From: Antedon mediterranea
Taxonomy: Eukaryota > Animalia > Echinodermata
Direction of reading: 5' to 3'
DNA length: 64,000 nt
Assembly: GCF_964355755.1 (NCBI RefSeq)
Contig: NC_092670.1
Coordinates: 20,074,795-20,138,794, forward strand
Position numbers and translations under genes: made by a program
Shown: positions 30,301 to 41,083 of the stretch, in pieces
Layout: each line of letters opens with the position of its first letter
Position numbering within the stretch: the stretch's first letter is position 1
The notes under the pieces: generated by a model
Databases searched by the model: none
What the model saw: only the letters and a program-made list of their open reading frames with translations
What the model was told of the DNA's origin: nothing

Positions 30301-33300
30301 AAGCTGTCCCATTTCATTACAATGTACGTCAATAAACTTGACTTCTTTTCCAAGTCACTTAATTTATAAACATATTTATCTTGACATCTTCCTTATAATA
30401 GTTATCCAAAATTATTATGACACATGTTACAAGGCCTTTCTGTGTATTTTTAATATTGAGAAATTATAGAGTGGAATCTATATTAAGAGGACAAGTGACC
30501 CTTTAATAGGAATATCTCCTTGATAGAGAAATCTACTGAATAGGTTGGCCTTGTTTCAATTGTTCAAACTATAAGTGTTCCCTTAATAGGTGCTGATAAA
30601 TAGGGATGCAAGATGGCATTTTACTGTATATTACAATTATTATTTAACTGTAATATTAATTGTGTAATACTATAGCATATACACTTGTGTTCTATGAAAA
30701 AAAAAAAATGTTTATGATTAACTTGGTTTTTCTGAAATTTCTTAAACATCCCATCTGTCTATAGACAACTTTATACAGGCAGTACAGTACAGAAAAACTT
30801 ACTTAACATTACAAATTTCAGTTAACATGTAGGGGCAATCGCTTAAAATATTTGTTTTCTGATAATCTAACTCCTTTGCATGTCATTAAAAAGATTACCA
30901 ATACAAACACTTGCAGTTCTATATGTCAACAGTTCACATTCCTATACCAAAACCAGATGAAACATTGATTTTGATGCTAGATAGATGTGATGGCGATCAG
31001 TTATCGTAGGCCGGCAAACGTTGTGTTGCTATCAAGCAGGAAACACGTTAACAGATGAGCCTACGTCAGCTGGGTTTGTGGTGTTGAAAAAGCATCATGT
31101 GGAGGATGCTGAGAGAGCCTTGTATATCAACACATCTTAAGCAATAAGCTTTCAGTATTTATAGATTCTTTAAGACCTTTGAACAATCCAGTTTAACGCA
31201 TTCCAATAACTCTTAACTTCTATCAAAACTAAAGCATCTCAAACAATCTCACATGGATAAATAGAATTTTACCGAGATAAATTTATCAAAATTATCAATC
31301 AAGTATGTAACGATTGAAAAGGCTATCTACTATTAAAACAAAAGACGCACAAAAATGAAAAAAAAAATTTGTAGGAAATGTTATCAGGTTTCAATTAAAA
31401 AATTTTTTTTAAATTAATTTTAAGACAAATCATTAATTTCGGACTATATGTTTGTCTCCCTATCAAGGAGAATGTGTCTGTGGCGCCAGGAGTTTGTTGT
31501 TCTTGCTCTCAGTTTAACGCCCAGGTCGCGACGCAACAGGTTGACATAAATTTCCAATTCTAAAAATATTTATCTCAAGAATAAATGTGTTTTATGTTTC
31601 CAAATTATAAGCTTTACTATTTATCTTGTATTCAAATCTTTCATATAGCCAAACCTAAAAAGTATTCAGTATCGTTTTGGATGTAATATTTAATTAATAA
31701 TTTAAAAAAATATAATTCATTCTGTTTCTAATTAACTATATGTCCAGACGCAAAAAAATAAGTCTTAAACCCATTTATTGTATGTTGTAACATTGAATAC
31801 ATTAGGAAATTGTTTTTGGCAGGATAAAATTCATCTTGGCACAGAACAAACTGCTTTGAGCATAACAAATTTAAATTTCAAGTGGGCTACAAAAATAAGT
31901 TTGAATAAATAATATTATAAATTAACTACTGAAAAACATAATGCAATACACACATTTATAACAATACATCTTGTAATAAATACTGAAAAACATAATGCAA
32001 TACACACATTAATATTAAATCTATAAACTCAACGGACATTTCAATAGTTAGCCATTTTAAAATACATGTCAATGTCCATTAAAAGAGAGCCAGAATTTGG
32101 CTAACTGATGCAGAAACTAGAAAACTTTCCCGATCTTCTAACTTGCCACCAACTCGCAGCGATTTTAAGATACATGTCAATGTCCATTAAAAGAGAGCCA
32201 GAATTTGGCTAACCGATGCAGAAACTAGAAAACTTTCCCGATCCTCTAACTTTCCACCACCTCTGCAGCATTCACACCAATCAGAAATTCCAACTACGGA
32301 AACCATTCAATGAGTGATTTGAATGTATCAAGGAACTACTGGGAATCATTCCCAGATCTCTGGAGGGAAGCTTGTCAGCTACAAAATCCCAAGGGATAAT
32401 AATGTACTCCCTCGGTGATTGATGCAACACAGACAGCTGCATCTTTCAAAACTGGTAGCATCACAGATACTCACAATTTTTTTCTTCTTTTCAAAATGTT
32501 ACATAGAATACTAATAAAATAATATCATCTTGGTGTAGACTATCTAATTTTAAATTTATATTTTCAATAATATTTATTTTTTGTTTATTTAAAGGCAACA
32601 TAACTGTCACAACAGTTTACCGGTTTTAATAATAATAACTTTTATTTATTATAAATAACTTTATTTTAAAATGCCATAGCATATTTTTTCAAGCATTTTG
32701 AAAAACTTAAAAAGTTACATTTTGCCATCAGAAAACATATATAATATTCTTTGTTAAATGTCAGTAAAAATACAGTACTGTGTATTTTTTATTTTAGCAC
32801 GGCTAAATTGTTAGTTACACTAGAACGTGAATGCTATCAACAAAATATTATTAGGCTTATTTTCCTCAAACAATTTGCTATTATCCTCAATTTAGTTTTA
32901 TCCAATCAAACTCTAAACAATAAAATACAAACGTTTTAAAAGATCCCTAGAAATTAGTCACAGCAGGAAAAACTGAATTGAAACACAAGAAATAACATTT
33001 GGTTTGTTAAATAACAATTTCACACTTTCCAGCTAGCATAAAATAAGTTAATCCAGTAACAACGAATTTATAGCAAACAAAAACAATATGAAAAAATAAA
33101 ATGCATTTTGATCTATTCTTATGTACAAAAAACAGTGACGTTTTACAGCTTTACAAAAACATTAAATGTTCACATAGCGATTTATTAAACACTAGAAAAG
33201 TAATATTTGCTTCATGTACAGAAACAAGAAAAAAGGAAAAGTTGAGAATGTCTTTTAGTGCTTTTAAAAAATAAAAATGTAAAACAAGGAAATACTGTAA

Positions 33301-34014
33301 TTAATAATCATGATTACTATGTAATCATAATTAAATAAATTAACTTAACTTTCCTTAATAACTGTTAAGCCTGTTTAATTCAAGTCTTCCTTATTATAGT
33401 GCATAATGCATTGTTTCCCAGATGATGTAACAGGGATTATATGTGGGTATTTTAGGCTATCATTGGATCATCAGTCTACAGATTTTCCCACCATTTAACA
33501 GACAAATATTACATAATAACTTTGAGTTTATTTACAGGCTACACAACATCCTTTTAAATCAGCACTCATTACTGTAATGAAGCTTTTATATATTAAAATT
33601 GACTACTGTTTAGCTATTATCCTGATACACACACTGTACATGTATAGAAAACATGACAAATTAATACTACTAGAAAAAGACTATTTTGTGGATATTTTAT
33701 AACCATTTGTAACTGAAAATATGATGCAACAAAACTCATCAAATTAAACTCTTTTACTTGTGTGCATTTAGTGTATAGTTTTTTATATTGTACAAAATAC
33801 AAACTATATTGTTTTTATAAATACTGTGGAATTAGCACATTCAATTACTCACCTAATCAAGAAAAATCAAAACGAAGCAATAATACAGTATAGGCTAACA
33901 TTAGTAAGTAATGCAGTAAACATTTATAAATATATAGACATGTCTTACCGAAATGGATCCATTGTTCATACTCCCGTTAGCGGAGTCCGCATCAATGTCT
34001 CTACTTGAAGCCAT
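382..34014 (-). CDS. TRAF7: TRAF7 E3 ubiquitin ligase orthologue, 18 coding exons, 668 aa (gene span; exons listed separately)
   Basis: All splice phases are compatible and all introns are GT-AG. Protein has a C3HC3D RING (CMLC..CGHTYCRQC..CPVD), zinc fingers, a coiled coil ([18 protein letters not shown]) and WD40 repeats ([43 protein letters not shown]), closely matching human TRAF7 as I recall it. Confidence 0.96.
550..669 (-). CDS. TRAF7: TRAF7 exon, WD40 (VWNMENK...VDNTVK)
   Basis: 120 nt, ttttag / gtaagt, phase 0-0. Confidence 0.96.
819..915. mobile_element. MITE family A, partial copy
   Basis: Left TIR AAGCTCTGTCTACACTATCAAACT and internal unit GCCCAAATATGGTAGTGATAT. Confidence 0.8.
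1100..1351 (-). CDS. TRAF7: TRAF7 exon, two WD40 repeats (IWNINS...YDRSLR)
   Basis: 252 nt open frame, ctgcag / gtgagt; contains SGGSVYSI and [13 protein letters not shown]. Confidence 0.96.
1772..1888 (-). CDS. TRAF7: TRAF7 exon, WD40 (VWDAHT...SFQTIK)
   Basis: 117 nt, tcatag / gtatgt; contains [13 protein letters not shown]. Confidence 0.96.
2223..2339 (-). CDS. TRAF7: TRAF7 exon, WD40 (VWNIDT...SLKVIK)
   Basis: 117 nt, ttgcag / gttagt. Confidence 0.95.
2701..2740 (-). CDS. TRAF7: TRAF7 exon ([13 protein letters not shown])
   Basis: 40 nt, tttcag / gtaagt, phase 2-0. Confidence 0.93.
2988..3186 (-). CDS. TRAF7: TRAF7 exon, first WD40 repeats ([19 protein letters not shown]...ALCTH)
   Basis: 199 nt, ttacag / gtaagt, phase 1-2. 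Confidence 0.95.
3581..3691 (-). CDS. TRAF7: TRAF7 exon, coiled coil ([12 protein letters not shown]...GRFND)
   Basis: 111 nt, ttgcag / gtaggt, phase 1-1. Confidence 0.9.
4151..4192 (-). CDS. TRAF7: TRAF7 42-nt symmetric exon ([13 protein letters not shown]), possible cassette exon
   Basis: ttctag / gtgagt, phase 1-1, open frame; repeats the LDENQ motif of the next exon. Confidence 0.75.
4827..4977. mobile_element. MITE family A, full copy (possibly PIF/Harbinger-like)
   Basis: 24-bp TIRs AAGCTCTGTCTACACTATCAAACT...AGTTTGATAGTGTAGACAGAGCTT with three internal 20-bp units. Confidence 0.85.
5293..5569 (-). CDS. TRAF7: TRAF7 exon, zinc finger and coiled coil (DLESHMKMC...LEMKI)
   Basis: 277 nt, gtacag / gtaagt, phase 0-1. 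Confidence 0.95.
7053..7128 (-). CDS. TRAF7: TRAF7 exon, TRAF-type zinc finger ([25 protein letters not shown])
   Basis: 76 nt, ttacag / gtaagt, phase 2-0. Confidence 0.95.
8574..8757 (-). CDS. TRAF7: TRAF7 exon, RING end and zinc finger (KCPVDNSKL...[11 protein letters not shown])
   Basis: 184 nt, ttacag / gtaagt, phase 1-2. Confidence 0.95.
10014..10347. mobile_element. Tc1/mariner-type MITE (CAGTAGAAC...GTTCTACTG) hosting a nested MITE
   Basis: Inverted termini and internal GGGGACA/TGTCCC repeats; related fragments near 13950, 24058, 30470, 36920, 38800 and 39941. Confidence 0.6.
10075..10235. mobile_element. Palindromic MITE family B nested in the element above
   Basis: About 55-bp imperfect TIRs AAGCTTGGTTCC..CTAGAACG / CGCTAGTGGGAACCACGCTT, flanked by TA on both sides. 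Confidence 0.75.
10976..11015 (-). CDS. TRAF7: TRAF7 exon, RING middle ([13 protein letters not shown])
   Basis: 40 nt, ttgcag / gtaaga, phase 0-1. Confidence 0.93.
11258..11544. repeat. Degenerate tandem repeat, about 73 bp x 4
   Basis: Recurring CTCTAAATACYCGCTACC, GGCAGGGCA and ATCACGAT; units start near 11258, 11329, 11402 and 11476. Confidence 0.7.
19691..19786 (-). CDS. TRAF7: TRAF7 exon, RING start ([19 protein letters not shown]...TQCG)
   Basis: 96 nt, tctcag / gtaagt, phase 0-0. Confidence 0.95.
20778..20819 (-). CDS. TRAF7: Candidate alternative first coding exon of a short TRAF7 isoform ([14 protein letters not shown])
   Basis: AAAA-ATG context, 14 open codons, phase-0 donor GAA|gtaagt matching the phase-0 acceptor at 19786. 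Confidence 0.55.
22070..22722. repeat. Old dispersed direct duplication, about 70 bp, copies near 22070 and 22650
   Basis: AAAAC(G/A)GCCATCTA(C/T)AACCATGTTA...AAGTGTG..AAAATCCA occurs at both sites. Confidence 0.6.
23917..24009 (-). CDS. TRAF7: TRAF7 N-terminal exon (ATVTVSPD...SSPEEPEQ)
   Basis: 93 nt, gtctag / CAG|gtaaaa, phase 0-0; acidic end resembles the human pre-RING linker. Confidence 0.78.
25766..25880. mobile_element. MITE family A, partial copy
   Basis: Two internal units and right TIR ...GTAGACAGAGCTT. Confidence 0.75.
26079..26182 (-). CDS. TRAF7: TRAF7 N-terminal exon ([15 protein letters not shown]...TDNK)
   Basis: 104 nt, long pyrimidine tract with ctgtag / AAG|gtaact, phase 1-0. 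Confidence 0.75.
26998..27115. mobile_element. MITE family A copy (reverse internal orientation)
   Basis: GTCTACACTATCAAACT...AGTTTGATAGTGTAGACAGAGCT. Confidence 0.8.
27218..27361. mobile_element. MITE family A copy
   Basis: Degenerate left TIR, two units, partly duplicated right TIR. Confidence 0.75.
27460..27520 (-). CDS. TRAF7: TRAF7 N-terminal exon ([20 protein letters not shown])
   Basis: 61 nt, ttttag / CAG|gtataa, phase 0-1. Confidence 0.72.
28740..28757 (-). CDS. Weak candidate alternative first exon (MNAPCF)
   Basis: ATG and 5 codons, then phase-0 donor gtaagta compatible with the acceptor at 27520. Confidence 0.25.
29957..30168. repeat. Tandem duplication, about 109 bp x 2
   Basis: TGTCATCTTTAATGTAATT...GGTACCATAAAAGTAACAAGGACATCTAG twice, adjacent. 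Confidence 0.9.
31928..32010. repeat. 30-bp direct repeat
   Basis: TACTGAAAAACATAATGCAATACACACATT at 31928 and 31981. Confidence 0.85.
32054..32269. repeat. Tandem duplication, 108 bp x 2
   Basis: ATTTTAA.ATACATGTCAATGTCC...CCACC..GCAGC twice with few differences. Confidence 0.9.
33949..34014 (-). CDS. TRAF7: TRAF7 start exon ([22 protein letters not shown]); the exon begins at 34030
   Basis: Strong acceptor tttttcttcgtcag before 34030, AAT-ATG-G start context, phase-0 donor TCG|gtaaga. Confidence 0.75.
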
Positions 34015-37000
34015 ATTGTTCGACAAAGGTCTGACGAAGAAAAAAAAAATTAATTAATTTATTACTGCTATAAATAAATCTATTATAAATAATAGAACAC
34101 ATTTATTAAATTAAAATCATAAAAGGTGTCATTCAAAAAAAGGAAATACAATAAATGTCAATAATATTGTGTAATTAGAATATCTGTACAGTAAGTTTCA
34201 TGGAAAATGGCACCTAGGAAAAGAAAGAATTTAATGTTGTTATATTAGAACAACATATTGGAAACACAGCTGTTTTTAGTCTTCAGCTTTAGAACATTTA
34301 AAAAAAGTTATGTTTTTATTCTCAGTTTCAGTAGACAAAAAACCCACACTTAAAAAGGTTGTTAAACTTTCCTTTGATTTGATCAACTTAGAAATATCTT
34401 CCATATAAATATCATCAATCCATATGATATATTATTTTTCTTGGTAAGCAAAACCATACAAACATATATTTTGGCATTATATACTGTATGATAATATGTA
34501 CTGGGAGTTTAAACTTAGTTAAGAAAGTACAGAAAGTATTTTCAGGCTTGGTGCATTGTAGTTATTATTCATGGTGTTTTGGAAAAATTCAAAGGCAGGC
34601 AAAGAATGTTGACCACTTCAAGACTAAGTTAAAATGCAAATTTAATTCTTAACTGATATTTTTTTTAAACATCTGATCCATAATGAAGAGAAAAAAATAG
34701 CCGCAGTGTCACGATGATTCAAACAGTGAAACAATACAGAGCGTTCTTTCAGTAGTTGAAGTTCGTAATTGTAGGAGGCAAAGAAAATGTAATTTGTTCT
34801 TAGAAACCACACCACATCATATTCATGACACAGCTGGTATGAACAACTTTACAGGTCAAGGTCAAATATGATAATTACGATATAATTAATTTTGTTAATC
34901 AACTACTCACAATTCCCGTTAAATAGAAGTTTAAACTGTGACCTAGTAAAGTAAAAAACATATTTAATTGACCTATTGCAGTAGAAAACTTATTTTCTAG
35001 CCCTACCTGTACGAGTTTCGATGATACCAACCAAATCCATACCGATATAACTTCCCCATTATAATGTCTCTTCTTTGTGTGTCAAATTCTTGTTTTCAAA
35101 TAACACATAACAAGGATTTAACTCAAATACTGCCCTCACGCGACAGGAAACGTTCATCAGTCTCGTGCTTGCTAACTCGATGTTGATGATTAGCGCGATT
35201 ACAGAGTGGAGGAAATATTGTTGGAAATTGGGAAAATTAGCCAAGAACAAAACGTTAACTTAAAGTACACTTGTAATGTAGTGGAACTTGTTGGATAATT
35301 GTTTTAATTTAGTATTAATATTCACCATCAAAACTTGTGGAAAAGTCCTTTATGAATTTAATGAATTAAGATATTAGAACTAAATATTTTATATTTGCAA
35401 TATTATGTTTCAAAATGCAGATTTCAGAGGGGTAAATTTTTCAGTGAACATTCAATTGTTATTGTAATCTGTGAGTGAATATTTATAAAAACTATTCAAA
35501 AACATGTTTTTAATGCTAATATTAAAAATATGTATGAAAGGTTCAATTTTAAATGTATTTTTGCCATATAAATAATATGAAGCCAGTGGTCATTAAAATG
35601 TTCTTAAGACCTAATGGACAATATAAATACGCATTGAACTATTGGTAGTCTAAAAGTGCTGATGATTACCTCGATATACAGTAGGTTGGGTTTGACAAAC
35701 GCATCTCCCGGACAATACCAGAGTCTTAGTGGGGTATTAAAAAATGTTCTCCCCTCAGAGGGAAAAGGCCTAAGTTGGTTATATCCATGTAAGCTAGGCA
35801 TAACATAAAGAAATATAAGTATTGAAGAAAAAAAAAGAATTACCCAGGAATTGTCAAATTGGACAAACTGTGCCTGTAGAAAACACTGTCATGATCGTCT
35901 CTGTCCATACCATACTTTGTATAGTAGGTCATACTAGTAGGTTACCACAGTATCTCAAGTGTTTACTATAAAAATACAGCAATGTACAGTACCAGCAGAT
36001 AAGCCTGTTGGACCTAGAATGGAGAATGTACTATTCCAAGTACGTTAGGTAAAATCGTTGCTTATACTTAAGTTAGTACATATGTATCTCTTTTGTTTGT
36101 CGTCTTTTCTGTACGCAGTAGGTGAATCCGCAGTTCTTATACTGTAGTTTGTAAAACTCCACAAATAAAATGTAACTCCCTTTTGTGGTCTTTCCTATAA
36201 ACAGTACAGTAGTAAACCTGTTCCAGATTTCAGTTCTATCTACTGTATACTGTACAACAAATGGTGGCTCTTCTGGTGTTCTTCCTCTTAACCTTCCCTT
36301 TAGCTTATAAAATAGAAAATTCTTTGATACTAGTACTATTACTACTAACTGCACTTCTTGAAATGTTCCCTCTTTGACTCTCGCTCAATTGGCCACAAAA
36401 CAGATATTACTAAAAACTACGCAGTAAATTCCACATTTTGGTCTGAATCGTGCACAACTAAATCTGCATCAGATTCTAAAAGTAAATTTCAACACGTCCT
36501 ATGTAAACATATTCTCACTATACAAACTGACGTTCATTGATGATTTAGATAGAAGGTTTAGATGATATTGCAAATGGTACAATTATATCAATACTAATCA
36601 TTCAGGTGTGACCGAATTTCAGCGAATTGCAGTATGGTACGATCACAATTCTATTGTGCATTAAAGCATGGCACTGAGTGGTATTATTGTACAATATTGT
36701 AGAAGAATGAACTTGTTATTGAATAATTTTAAAGGCTGGTCATATATAATACATAAAATTGGATAACAATACACATTTGTGAACCTTCAATAACCTGGAA
36801 GATTGAAGGATAAACTAGCTATTGTTAGAAAAGATTGGCTTAAAAAGTGAGGTCACCTTATACTGCATAACACTAGTACGAGTAGCTGAAAGGTATACAA
36901 TAACATTTTTATGAAAGGGACACCTTCAGGACCCAATAAAATGTCCCCTGAATAGAGCTTGGCTATAGTGTTAAAGCATATATTGCCCCTTATTCGTTTT

Positions 37001-39940
37001 GCAAGAAAATGTCCTAAAAAAGGTTGTCCAAACAAGAGGTTTCTATTAGATGAACCGTTCTGCAAAGATTAACATTTTTTTTATTTTTCTTTGACACATC
37101 TAGAGAGCCTTTCAGACAGAGCTGTCTGGTGGCATCATTGCTATTCAGAATGGCAGACTTCTGTGAGAAGGTTAACAAACTATCAACCCTACTACTCACT
37201 TTGTTTCAATTTCAGGAATCAATCAATTGGAATATAGTGAACATTGGTAAAATTAATAAGCATGTGTCTTCAATACATAATGTGGTCTCATACTTAAATT
37301 AGTTCTTTCAATATCAATTTCATGGCAGTAGTTTCGTGTGACAAAAGCTATCTGAATTATAAAAATAATTAATGATGTTGAGTAAACAAATTAACATCAT
37401 ATGCAGTAGTTTTTGACTGTAGTTATACAGTCACGGTAGTCAATTCCAATAACAAGTCATTTGAATATACAGTTTATAAACACTACCTTGACCATACCAA
37501 ATTTAATTCTAAGTGTGTTTAAACAAACTAACGAAAACGAATGTTGAAATTGGCACCTGTTAGCAAATAGGATATCAATTTATTCATCAAAAACATTAAA
37601 TTTATTTTAATCATTTTTACATGTTTTAAGTTTATTGGCAGAATAATTGTAACATGCATTTATTTCCTATCAAATGAGAAGTTCATGCTATACAGCTAAC
37701 AAAACAAATGAAGTTAATCACGAAAAAAGAATTAAGTTTCTGTTGATGTTATTCTACATTAATTGTGTGGTACTTGTGTGTCGGTGTCCTGTATTATAAA
37801 AGGTCAAGTTCAAGTTCATTTACAAATTTATTATCATAGCTTCTTTATTTATTAAATGACAAATATGGTGCGTTAAAATAAAACTAAAAAACACATACAT
37901 CAAGTTATAAAAAACAAATACATCATCTAACCATGGATGAATTAGACTAATTCCTCCATTATAGTAACTAACATTAACACTGAACAAAACTTACAAAAAA
38001 ATTGTCAAAAAATTCACAAAGCAGAATTACTTACTTAAATTGAACCAGATGATGGTTGGTATGAATGGTAAGATGTACCGAGTAAGTACAATCAGGTAAA
38101 TTTCAATGCTCTACAATACGATATTCAATATCATGTTTCAAATGTACAGACTTTTGTTTAAGATATAAGCAATTGTAATAAAACGTATAGAAACAAATAA
38201 TTGAGAAGGAAAAATTAAGGGTGAAATTTGAAAGGTCAATCCTAACCTTAAAAAGTACCAAATTGAAGATTGCCCTTTGGATTATTAAAGGAAATGTGCT
38301 AATTATGATAAGGTAATTAAAGTGAATTAGGTAGAATTTGACACTCTGCTAACGTGCTGAGGAAAGTAATATTTTGGACATTTTAAACGAAAAAACAATT
38401 GGACACTTGTTTGTGACCAATTTGCAAATAGTTGATCAGACAATAGAATAATGCTACTGCAGTTCCAATAAAAAAAAATTATACAATCTTATAGAATATT
38501 GATTGATCGATTGATGTTTGGTCTATTATTTCAGTTATCTGCTAAGTTAATACTAATAGCCTATAGATAACCATCATAAGTTTGTATACCACAAACACGA
38601 TGAAATAACTATGTATGTGTATGTTTGGTTATTTTAAAGACGTTTGCACAATCTTAAAAAAGCTGTTACTATCTGTTATGTAGAAAAATAGAAACCTTCG
38701 TGGTCCAACAAAATGTCCCATTATAGAGGGTGTCCTTTGATTTGAATGTATGGTCTTGTATTAAAACTTTTATTGGCCTTCGTTCATTTCAGAAGTGTCC
38801 CTTTTAAATTGGATTTCATAAGAAGTGTCCCTTTATTAGGATGTCTCATGAACAGGAGTGTTCCATGAGTAGGTTTTTTTCCAAAGGAGGAGTTCTATTG
38901 TTGCTGCCGCATAACACTAATGTGTTACTAATGTCTAATTTACATTAATTAATTACCATTACATGAGTAGATAGTTTGAAATTATTAATTTAGTATTTGA
39001 ATTTAAATTTCTAATGACTCAACATAACCTTTGCAAGCTTAATTAATCAAAAATCATCTTAATTTCTATGTTAACATTAAATAATTAAATTTGAAGTTGA
39101 ACTAATTGTTGTTGTAGAGTTATTACACACACATTGTTTTACCATGACATAATTTAATTGGAATATCTGATTTATTAATTCATAATTGCAACAATAGACA
39201 GATGTCTGGTTGAAATTTTTTTTTTTATAATTTTAATACTGTATTATTAATATTTAAATCTTTAAATACAAGAATCCTAATAATAATAAGAATAAAATAC
39301 TAAAATAACATTTTATAAATAAATGTTCTGATTGGCAGAGCAATTTTTACAATTAAGTAAGACTTTTATGATAAATACATTGATAAAATGTGGATTATAC
39401 TATAATAATAATAACGATTTTAACTTTTAATGTACAGAACTTTAAAAAAAAATAAGTATGTATGTTTTATATTGAGGCCTAAGATGATTACTTTCTACAA
39501 AGAAACAGTTTAGACCACCCTCCCAATACATGGTAACTAATAACAAAAATTAAATATCCTAAATACATTAATAATATTTTGACAATAAAATGAACTTTTT
39601 AGATCAATGTTTGATAAAAGTAAACTTTAAACCAGTCAACTATTGTGCTGTAAATCCTAGTCAGTCTGATTATTAATACAAATACACATTCCCACAATAA
39701 TGAACGCATTTTTAAAAGCATTATGTCTTGGAAAAGTAGGATTGAAGAAGACGATTTAATTGTTGTAGGAATAAATTAATTTGTTCTCATTAGTAATTAT
39801 GTTAACCACATCCAGGTAAAGAAGGTTATTCACTTTAGAATGTTAAAATCAGCAGAATTGTAATACTACATAGTTGAATTCTTGTACTTTAGAAAGAATG
39901 CTCAAAATTTAATATGCAATATCACTGCATATTTTCTATG

Positions 39941-40216
39941 CAGCAGAACCCCTCACATTTGGGACAGCCATATTCAAGGGACATCTCTGTTAATGTGACA
40001 CTTCCATGTAAAAAGGGCAAGAGGAACAGTGTTGTAATACAAGGGGACATCATAATAAGGGGACACTTTGTTACTTTGTGCCCAAATATGGTAGTGATAT
40101 GACATCATCAAGTCCATATATGGGCACATAACATTTTGTTATATGGGCACATAAAGTTTGATAGTGTAGACAGAGCTTTAAGCCTTAAAGTGTCCCCTTA
40201 ATAGACGTTCTCCTGT
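39941..40216. mobile_element. Tc1/mariner-type MITE with nested partial family A copy (40078-40178)
   Basis: CAGCAGAACC...GTTCTCCTG termini enclose the family A unit and right TIR. Confidence 0.65.
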
Positions 40217-40974
40217 ATTGTGAATTCTGTAACTGTTGCTAGGCATACTGTATATGAAACATCTTTACCTATTTTGAGTTCATCACTACTCAGCATGCAC
40301 AATTGCGTTTTGGAATTGACAGAAAGTTATTAACAACTTAATTAGTCGGAGCAATTAATTAACCCGATTAAACTTGACATATAAGAAAATAAAAAAAGTT
40401 TTCAAGATATTTTTAATTGACCTCGACTTTCTTTAAAGAGTAATAAAAAAAAAAGATCAATTACCAACACTTCCTTCATATTTTGTATAAGGAAACTTTA
40501 TAATGAAAGATGAGTTAAAGATAAACATAAGAATATCAAGGAACAACATAAAAATTACCTTTCCCAAAGAAGGTCAATAAAAAATATGCTTTAAGATAGT
40601 TGTGAGAGTTAAAAAAACTGATATAAAATCAATCTTGTATAAACTGACCTACAGGAGGATATTAACAAAGATTGAGAAGTAATTGATAATAAAAACAATA
40701 AAAAAGATTAATTTTAATAGAAAGTGATTGTGGTTCCTGACAAACTAACCTTAAAGTTTTAGTTGTTCCTAAAAGATTATCAAAGTTAATTAGAAAATGT
40801 TTCCTTACAAAATATTTAATGAAAATTTAGATAAATATAAAAATGTTTTTGTTGTAAATTTCATAGTGTTATTAGTCTATGATTTTTCAGCGATGAAATG
40901 GTGTAAAGAAAAATTTTTAAAATGTAATAAATTCAAAATCACTTAGAATTTGAATGCACTGTAAATTTGCCCTG

Positions 40975-41083
40975 TCAAACTTTATGTGACAACAAAGTGT
41001 GATGTGCCTAAATATGGTAGTGATATGACATCATGTCCATATATGGGCACATCACATAAAGTTTGATAGTGTAGACAAAGCTT
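40975..41083. mobile_element. MITE family A, partial copy
   Basis: Internal unit and right TIR AGTTTGATAGTGTAGACAAAGCTT. Confidence 0.75.

Noticed and set aside
33853-33948. Alternative donor TAG|gtgagt extending the start exon by 96 nt
   Set aside because: The extension contains an in-frame TAA; at most a nonsense-mediated-decay variant, with no support.
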